64,000 nucleotides of DNA from Bdellovibrionales bacterium (GTDB lineage: Bacteria > Bdellovibrionota > Bdellovibrionia > Bdellovibrionales > JAGQZY01). Position numbers and translations under genes: made by a program. The DNA lies in NCBI GenBank assembly GCA_019750295.1, contig JAIEOS010000048.1, positions 68,467-132,466 of the forward strand. Reading direction: 5' to 3'. Below, piece after piece: positions 1-6,235 of the stretch. Under the pieces are notes generated by a model, which was not told the origin of the DNA, did no database searches, and was given only the letters and a program-made list of their open reading frames with translations. Each line of letters opens with the position of its first letter. The stretch's first letter is position 1.

Positions 1-218
1 CTTTGGTTGACGAGTTGTGAAAGACTCTCGCGTGCATCTCCACTTTTAAGGAAGTGAAATACAGCTTTATTGACTTGATCACCTTCAGCGTTACCAAAAC
101 CACGGAGTGTTCCGGCTTCGTCTGTGAACACCACATCGATATTCCACCAGGTCGCTAAAATTTGTTTTAGTTTTTTGATGACATGGATGTGTTCGAATTC
201 GTCCCAATTAATTAACAT
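1..218 (-). CDS. hypothetical protein, N-terminal 72 codons; gene continues past the left edge
   Basis: Own reverse-strand translation from ATG at 218..216 gives MLINWDEFEHIHVIKKLKQILATWWNIDVVFTDEAGTLRGFGNAEGDQVNKAVFHFLKSGDARESLSQLVNQ, open to position 1. It is absent from the ORF track because it is truncated. It faintly resembles a PocR-type sensory N-terminus, but I cannot assign it. Confidence 0.45.
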   Translation of the reverse strand, partial: MLINWDEFEHIHVIKKLKQILATWWNIDVVFTDEAGTLRGFGNAEGDQVNKAVFHFLKSGDARESLSQLVNQ

Positions 219-379
219 TGCGTGACCCCTTTATGTAAAATAACTCAACAGCTTATCGTCAAAATTTTAAACAACTTGATTGGGACTTTGGTAGAGAACT
301 CTTCCGTTTCTCTCAGGGCTTTCGCGGAGAGAGATAACTGTACGAAGGTCTCCGTGCGGTGGGGGTGTGCAGGGAGGAC

Positions 380-429
380 GTTATCCTGAGCGAAGCGAAG
401 GATCTTTCGGGAGTCTTTGCTTTGCTCAG
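380..429 (+). repeat. copy 1 of the dispersed 27-nt element (GTTATCCTGAGCGAAGCGAAGGATCTT), extended into a hairpin
   Basis: The unit lies at 380..406. CTGAGCGAAGCGAAG (386..400) pairs with CTTTGCTTTGCTCAG (415..429) if two G-U pairs are allowed, so pairing works only in the + strand RNA. Confidence 0.7.
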
Positions 430-442
430 AACGCATGTGCTT

Positions 443-549
443 TTAGGGAGATTTGAATTTTCTGGGTGATCTTTGGGGGTTAGGGGAATTTGAATTCCGG
501 TGTGAAATTCAGGGGTTAGTGGGAACGATTTGTTGCTATTTAATGGGGG
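443..549. repeat. three tandem degenerate ~36-bp repeats directly upstream of the ABC exporter gene
   Basis: The units start at 443, 480 and 516. Units 1 and 2 start TTAGGGAGATTTGAATT and TTAGGGGAATTTGAATT; unit 3 is degenerate (TTAGTGGGAACGATTTG). Each ends in a G4-5 run: ...CTTTGGGGG, ...TTCAGGGG, ...TTAATGGGGG. Confidence 0.55.
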
Positions 550-567
550 ATTTTATATGTTGCCCGC

Positions 568-2373
568 ATGTGGAAATCAGCTCGAAAACTATGGCCTCTG
601 GTCTATCCTTATCGTATGGGGCTCCTTGTGGCTTTTCTGGCGGGATTGGCGATCGCGGTGTTTTCAACGATCTTGCCTTTCATGGTCCAGCTTTTAATTC
701 AAGCTTTAGAGAAGAAAGATATTTTAGGACTTAATCCAGAGCTGGAAAAAATTCTGCTCCATGTGTTTTCGCAGGAGACGCTTCGCAGTTTTTTTGAAAA
801 TCATTTTCTCGTGGTTAAGACGGTCGCACTAGGTTTACCGGTTTATTATCTGATTTTCGGTTTCTTTCGCTATTACAACACCTATAAGTTTCAATACATT
901 GCCGAGATGGTCACCAACGAAATGCGTTTTCGTCTCATGGATAAGTTCCTTACTTTAAATTCTAAATTTTATATGCACAATACTCACGGATCCGGTGGTC
1001 TACTGAGTCGCACGCTCAATGATACGATGATGATTCAGGGGGGGATGGGTTATTATACGGATCTCTTCCGCGAGCCGATCATTGCTATTGTGCTTACAAT
1101 TTATATGTTTGTCCTCAACTGGCAAATCAGTTTGTTTTGCGTTTTATTTTTGCCGTTTTTTTCTTATCTCATCCGTAAATTGACCAAAACATTACGTCGT
1201 CTCAGCACCGACAGCCAGGAAACATTAGAGCTCGTGACTAAGAATTTAAAAGAGGGCCTCGACGGAATGCGAGTGATTCAGTCATTTAACCTCGAAGATC
1301 ACATGCGTGCCAAATTTAGGAATTCAATTAATGATTACAACCGAATTCGTCGGAAAGTCATTAAGCGTATGCAGCTTGCAAGTCCGGTGAACGAGGTTTT
1401 AGCGTCTCTGTTGACTGCCGGAATTGTCGTTTGGATTGGCCATATGATTTTTGGAGGGCAAGCTGATGTCGGTGAATTCATAGCTTTCATCGTAGCGGCG
1501 GGATTTCTTGATAAACCGGTTAAGCGCATTCAACAGGCGATGGTCATGTTACACCCGACATCTGTTTCTCTAGATCGAATCTTCGAGATCATTGATAGCG
1601 AGCAGCTCGTTTCCGAAATTTCAAACCCGAGACCCTTTCCTAAAGATTGGAAAACCATCGAATTTAGAAACGTCAGTTTTAGTTACGGAACTGAAATTGC
1701 ATTGAAAAATGTAAATCTTAAAATTAATCGCGGCGAGATCGTGGCTCTTGTCGGAGAGAGCGGAAGTGGAAAGTCGACGATGATGAATCTGTTAGAGAGA
1801 TTCTTCGACCCGGATCAGGGCGGTATCTATGTCGATAACATTCCGTTGAAGGACTTTTCTCTTAAGGATCTGCGCGCCAATATTGCGTTAGTGACTCAAG
1901 ATGTTTTTCTCTTTAACGAAGATCTCGAAGAAAATATTCGCGCCGGAAATCATGTCAAAGACGTTTCAAAGGTCCATGAAGCCATTGATAAAGCCAACGC
2001 TCGAAAATTTATCGATCGTCTGCCCCAAAACATCAAATCCCTAGCCGGCGAGCGTGGATCTAATTTTTCAGGTGGAGAAAAGCAGCGAATTAGTATTGCG
2101 CGCGCTATTTTTAAAGATGCACCAATTCTTATCCTGGACGAAGCCACAAGCGCTCTCGACTCCGCCAGTGAGGTGGAAGTCCAAAAGGGGATCCAATCCC
2201 TCATGCAAGGTCGTACCGCGTTTGTGATCGCCCACAGGCTCTCAACGATCGCTAGTGCAGATCGTATCGTCGTTATGAGTAAGGGTGAAATCATGGAGGA
2301 AGGAACTCACAAGGAGCTCCTCGGAAAAGACGGAAGTCTTTATTCGTACTTCCACAAGCTGCAACTGCGATAA
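568..2373 (+). CDS. ABC transporter permease/ATP-binding protein, type I exporter (MsbA/ABCB-like)
   Basis: 601-aa ORF with a hydrophobic six-TM-like N-terminal half. Walker A is GESGSGKST, the ABC signature is FSGGEKQRISIARA and Walker B is ILILDEATSALD. Confidence 0.9.
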   Translation: MWKSARKLWPLVYPYRMGLLVAFLAGLAIAVFSTILPFMVQLLIQALEKKDILGLNPELEKILLHVFSQETLRSFFENHFLVVKTVALGLPVYYLIFGFFRYYNTYKFQYIAEMVTNEMRFRLMDKFLTLNSKFYMHNTHGSGGLLSRTLNDTMMIQGGMGYYTDLFREPIIAIVLTIYMFVLNWQISLFCVLFLPFFSYLIRKLTKTLRRLSTDSQETLELVTKNLKEGLDGMRVIQSFNLEDHMRAKFRNSINDYNRIRRKVIKRMQLASPVNEVLASLLTAGIVVWIGHMIFGGQADVGEFIAFIVAAGFLDKPVKRIQQAMVMLHPTSVSLDRIFEIIDSEQLVSEISNPRPFPKDWKTIEFRNVSFSYGTEIALKNVNLKINRGEIVALVGESGSGKSTMMNLLERFFDPDQGGIYVDNIPLKDFSLKDLRANIALVTQDVFLFNEDLEENIRAGNHVKDVSKVHEAIDKANARKFIDRLPQNIKSLAGERGSNFSGGEKQRISIARAIFKDAPILILDEATSALDSASEVEVQKGIQSLMQGRTAFVIAHRLSTIASADRIVVMSKGEIMEEGTHKELLGKDGSLYSYFHKLQLR

Positions 2374-2459
2374 TCTTATCTATCTTGAAACTCGTATCAT
2401 ATTGAGATGCGACTAAAGTTGAGGTCGTTTTATCCGATAAGTCTCGTAGAGGGGTACCT

Positions 2460-2777
2460 ATGAAATATATTTTTATCATTGCCACATCATTCATCATCTC
2501 TGTTCATGCGTCCGCGCAATGTAGCGGTAGCGATGATTATTCGGATTGTGTTATCGACAGTAGCGATTCAGAATTTCAGGCGACTCCAGCGGTCAGCCAT
2601 GGTGATGACGGGGCGCAACTCCAACAAGTGTCGAGTGATGTGGGGTGCCTCCAAAGCCCGACTGATAAAATTTATCGACATCCCATGGCCTCTATTAACG
2701 CTCATGTGAAGCATCTTAATAATGATTTTGGTCCGGCGGATAATGGCCGCCGTTGGCACATCATTAGTTGTGATTAA
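2460..2777 (+). CDS. small secreted protein, hypothetical
   Basis: 105-aa ORF. The N-terminal signal-like peptide is MKYIFIIATSFIISVHASAQ. GAGGGG lies 5-6 nt upstream of the ATG, and the protein has several Cys. No family recognised. Confidence 0.55.
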   Translation: MKYIFIIATSFIISVHASAQCSGSDDYSDCVIDSSDSEFQATPAVSHGDDGAQLQQVSSDVGCLQSPTDKIYRHPMASINAHVKHLNNDFGPADNGRRWHIISCD

Positions 2778-2805
2778 GTGATTAATTCGATGTCAGGTCT
2801 CATCA

Positions 2806-2830
2806 AACCGGCGCGCTCAAAGAATTCTCT
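2806..2830 (-). other. relic duplicate of the uvrA 3' coding end
   Basis: AACCGGCGCGCTCAAAGAATTCTCT matches 3281..3305 (GACCAGCGCGCTCAAAGAACTCTTT) at 21 of 25 positions. The reverse-strand translation REFFERAGLMRPDIELIT* parallels the UvrA C-terminus KEFFERAGLTRKMSVSP*. Confidence 0.6.
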
Positions 2831-2841
2831 ATTAAATATGA

Positions 2842-3171
2842 CTAGGCGTCGCCGGACCAACCGTCTTGGCTGAAATCTGGCTCCGCACCATCGCTGCTCG
2901 GCGGGGTCTGCGGCTCGTCGCCCTCAGAACTTTCAAAATTAACAGGTTTAATAGTTACTGCGCGATCTTCGCATTGCCAGCGCTCAGCGAAGGAACCATT
3001 GAGTCCCGGAGCGATCCAGCGAACTTGCCCCTCCGCTGTATTCGCGTAGCCGCGATTATCATACCCCTTTTGTGGAGAACACGCTCCATAAGCAAAAGCC
3101 GTCGACTGAGAAAATGTCGCTGCGAAAAAACTAACAGCCATAATTAATATTCCGAACACAGATTTTAACAT
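2842..3171 (-). CDS. small secreted protein, hypothetical
   Basis: 109-aa ORF with signal-like N-terminus MLKSVFGILIMAVSFFAATFSQSTAFA. GGAGG lies 4 nt upstream of the ATG. The C-terminal tail is acidic and Pro/Ser-rich. Confidence 0.65.
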   Translation of the reverse strand: MLKSVFGILIMAVSFFAATFSQSTAFAYGACSPQKGYDNRGYANTAEGQVRWIAPGLNGSFAERWQCEDRAVTIKPVNFESSEGDEPQTPPSSDGAEPDFSQDGWSGDA

Positions 3172-3245
3172 CGAGCCTCCAGTCGAACGATAAGGAGTCG
3201 CATCCCCACCAGGTCACTTATCGGTGATTATGGACTAATCTTAAG

Positions 3246-3266
3246 TAGTGTCTCAGGGTGAGACAC
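3246..3266 (-). terminator. 9-bp hairpin overlapping the uvrA stop codon (possible terminator or 3' stabiliser)
   Basis: AGTGTCTCA-GGG-TGAGACACT. No U-tract follows on the minus strand, so its function is uncertain. Confidence 0.3.
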
Positions 3267-6120
3267 TCATTTTGCGAGTGAGACCAGCGCGCTCAAAGAA
3301 CTCTTTTAAGAAGAGGCCGGTGTGTGTTTTTTTCTTTATAATCTCGAAGGGGGAGCCTTGCGCGACGATTTTACCGCCGCCTTCTCCGGCCTCGGGACCG
3401 ATGTCAATAATATAATCCGAACGGGCGATGACATCTTGGTTGTGTTCAATCAAAATTACACTACCGCCCATGTCGACAATTTTATTGAGAACGGTCATGA
3501 GCAAGTGAACTTCGCGAAAGTGTAAGCCCGTGGTGGGTTCGTCTAAGATATACAAAGTCTCTCGGTGAGAGGACTCGCTCAGCTCTCTGGCGATCTTAAT
3601 TCGCTGAATTTCTCCTCCGCTAAACGTGGAGGTATTTTGTCCCAGTTGCAGGTAATCTAAACCCACTTCTTTTAAAAACGATAGGGCTTTTCTAATTTGC
3701 GGATAGGCAATAAAGAATTCCATGGCTTCGAGAATCGTCATTTGCATGATGTCGTAAATATTTTTATTCTTATAACGAACATCGAGAATTTCTTCGCGAA
3801 ATTTTTTTCCTTTGCAAGCCTCGCAAGTGATCTTCACATTATCCATAAAAACCATATCGACGTCTTCGTAACCTAGACCGCGGCAAACGGGACAGCGTCC
3901 TCCATCCACGTTTAAACTGAAAGTTCCTGGAGTATAGCCCCGCTCCTTGGCCAGCATGGTGGACGACATCATTTCTCGAATGGCATCGTAAATTTTTAGA
4001 TAAGTCATTGGATTACTTCGCTCGGTACGTCCGACAGAGTGTTGATCGATGTAAAGAACATTTTTTAAATGCTCATAGCCCGAAATTTTTTTAAAGGGTT
4101 GGGCCTTTACATACTCTTCGGTTTCTAAAACCTGAGTGAGGGCTGGGAATAGAGTTTGCGTGATCAATGTGGATTTTCCCGAACCACTCACGCCAGTCAC
4201 CGTTACTAAACGATTAAGAGGAATGTGGAGATTCACGTTTTTTAAATTGTGCCCGGAGGCGCCCTGGAGATGCAGCTGATATTTGTACACATCCATATCC
4301 ACAGTTCGTGGAATGATGGGCACGATCGGTGCCGTTTTCGGCGCGAGATAGTTTGATGTGAGTGAATTGGGATCTTTGAGGAAGTCTTTGACGGTGCCCT
4401 CGAACATGACAGTTCCACCGAGAGAGCCTGAACCTGGGCCCATTTCGATAATGTGCGTACTGCTTCGGATCACGCTCTCATCATGTTCAACGACGACGAG
4501 AGTATTCCCGTAGCTATTGAGTCTTTTCAACTGATCAATCAAGCGATCGTTGTCGCGAGGGTGAAGTCCAATGGTCGGTTCGTCGAGCACATACAGTGTT
4601 TCCGAAAGCCCCATGCCCAATTGCTTCGCGAGCATGAGACGCTGGTACTCTCCACCGGATAAGGTTCGAGTGGGTCTGTCTAAAGTGAGATATTGAACTC
4701 CGATATTGACCAAAAACTCCAAGCGAGATTCCAACTGCGTGTAAACCTCTTTCACCGACTGCATCTGTGCTTCGGTGAGGGGGAGATTTTTGAGCCATGT
4801 CAGCGCCTCTAGCAAGGTCAGTTTACTCACATCCTGAACCGACTTGTCTGAGATCGTCAAATGACGGGTAAAGTTTTTGAGGCGCCCTCCATTGCAATCG
4901 GGGCACATGAACGAGCTTTTAAATCGCGATAAAAACACGCGGACATGCATCTTGTATTTTTTAGTTTCAAGATAATCAAAGAGCCCCAGCACGCCGTAGA
5001 AGGACGCGTCGCCCTTCCAGATAAGTCCCTTTTGCTTTGGCGGAAGATCTTTCCAGGGGAGGCGAGTGTCGATTTTCTTCGCCTTACAAAACTTGAGGAG
5101 TTCACGCTTATCATCTCGTGCGCTTGGCATTGTAAATGGGTGGAGAGCCCCCTGCTCGATGGAGAGATTGGGATTCGGCACCACTTTCTCTTCGTCGATG
5201 GTTAGAGTGTTACCAAAGCCATTACAAGTCGTGCAAGCTCCCATCGGCGAATTAAAACTAAAGAGCTGTGGAGAAAGTTGTGGAAACTGGTAGTGGCAAG
5301 TGTTGCACGATAAGGTCTCACTAAACGGGTAGGTATTCCCATCTGTGGACACTACTAACAGGCGACCTCCGCCCAAACTTCGGTTGAGATGAAGTGAGGC
5401 TTTGTAGGCTTGAGACATCGAATCCACCAGTCGACCCGAATCTTCTTTACTGACGGCGAATCGATCAATGACCACGTAGAAATCTTTTTTGGGAAGATCG
5501 CTGGTTTTACTTTTGGCGGTGAGTTCGGTAAAAGTTCCCAAATCTTCCAGAGAGGTCACTTTTTTCTTTTTCGCGTTCATTTGAAAAAGACGTGTGTAAC
5601 CTTCGCCGAGAAGTAGTTTTAAGAATTTGGGATCGGCCAGCACCTGCGACTCTTTGTAGACGGGAGCGAGCAAGTACATTCTTTCGCCGGAATGATTCTT
5701 GATGAGTAGGTCTGTAATCGATGCGGGGGCGTACTTTGTAATAGGGCCGTGTCCGTTAGGGCACATGGCGGTACTGACTTTGGCGTAAAGGAGTCGAAGA
5801 TAATCGAGAACGTCGGAGCTAGTTCCCACGGACGAGCGAGAGTTGCGAACAGAATTTTTCTGTTCTAAGGCAATCGCCGGCGGAATGTGATTGATGTATT
5901 CCACAAGAGGTTTGGGGGCTTTGTTTAAAAACTGGCGGGCGTAACTGTTGAGGCTTTCGATGTAACGCCGTTGGCCTTCGGCGTAGAGCGTTTCGAAAGC
6001 CAGAGAGCTCTTTCCTGAGCCGCTGGGCCCGCAAACCACAGTAAAAGATCCCAGAGGAATTTGGACATCCACTCCTTTGAGATTATTCTGCGTTACGTTT
6101 TTAAGTATGATGTGTTCCAT
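3253..6120 (-). CDS. uvrA: excinuclease ABC subunit A
   Basis: 955 aa. It has an N-terminal Walker A (GPSGSGKSSLAFETLYAEGQRRY), a second ABC module (GVSGSGKSTL), LSGGE signature motifs and zinc-finger Cys clusters (CNTCH..CTTCNGFG; CPVCRGLG..CEACKGKKF). Confidence 0.97.
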   Translation of the reverse strand: MEHIILKNVTQNNLKGVDVQIPLGSFTVVCGPSGSGKSSLAFETLYAEGQRRYIESLNSYARQFLNKAPKPLVEYINHIPPAIALEQKNSVRNSRSSVGTSSDVLDYLRLLYAKVSTAMCPNGHGPITKYAPASITDLLIKNHSGERMYLLAPVYKESQVLADPKFLKLLLGEGYTRLFQMNAKKKKVTSLEDLGTFTELTAKSKTSDLPKKDFYVVIDRFAVSKEDSGRLVDSMSQAYKASLHLNRSLGGGRLLVVSTDGNTYPFSETLSCNTCHYQFPQLSPQLFSFNSPMGACTTCNGFGNTLTIDEEKVVPNPNLSIEQGALHPFTMPSARDDKRELLKFCKAKKIDTRLPWKDLPPKQKGLIWKGDASFYGVLGLFDYLETKKYKMHVRVFLSRFKSSFMCPDCNGGRLKNFTRHLTISDKSVQDVSKLTLLEALTWLKNLPLTEAQMQSVKEVYTQLESRLEFLVNIGVQYLTLDRPTRTLSGGEYQRLMLAKQLGMGLSETLYVLDEPTIGLHPRDNDRLIDQLKRLNSYGNTLVVVEHDESVIRSSTHIIEMGPGSGSLGGTVMFEGTVKDFLKDPNSLTSNYLAPKTAPIVPIIPRTVDMDVYKYQLHLQGASGHNLKNVNLHIPLNRLVTVTGVSGSGKSTLITQTLFPALTQVLETEEYVKAQPFKKISGYEHLKNVLYIDQHSVGRTERSNPMTYLKIYDAIREMMSSTMLAKERGYTPGTFSLNVDGGRCPVCRGLGYEDVDMVFMDNVKITCEACKGKKFREEILDVRYKNKNIYDIMQMTILEAMEFFIAYPQIRKALSFLKEVGLDYLQLGQNTSTFSGGEIQRIKIARELSESSHRETLYILDEPTTGLHFREVHLLMTVLNKIVDMGGSVILIEHNQDVIARSDYIIDIGPEAGEGGGKIVAQGSPFEIIKKKTHTGLFLKEFFERAGLTRKMSVSP

Positions 6121-6163
6121 ACAGCGGATGAAGATACAGAAGTGATCCCCATTTTACAAGCGT

Positions 6164-6235
6164 AAGGTTCCAGCTCCCTACGTGCACTTTTCCCCACCGG
6201 CGTGGGGAAAAGTGCACGTAGGGAGCTGGAACCTT
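6164..6235. repeat. 72-bp perfect palindrome P1 (34-bp stem, CGGC loop)
   Basis: Arms 6164..6197 and 6202..6235 were verified base by base as exact reverse complements (AAGGTTCCAGCTCCCTACGTGCACTTTTCCCCAC / GTGGGGAAAAGTGCACGTAGGGAGCTGGAACCTT). The last base overlaps the mrcA stop codon. Confidence 0.9.

Noticed and set aside
245-436. 63-aa minus-strand ORF in the track (..SRKILRFAQDNVLPAHPH..)
   Set aside because: It lies in a divergent promoter gap, and its core is the translation of the dispersed 27-nt element. It has no SD and no protein-like features.
443-549. Possibility that the three ~36-bp repeats are a mini CRISPR array
   Set aside because: The units are directly adjacent and degenerate, with no unique spacers between them, and there are no cas genes in the window.
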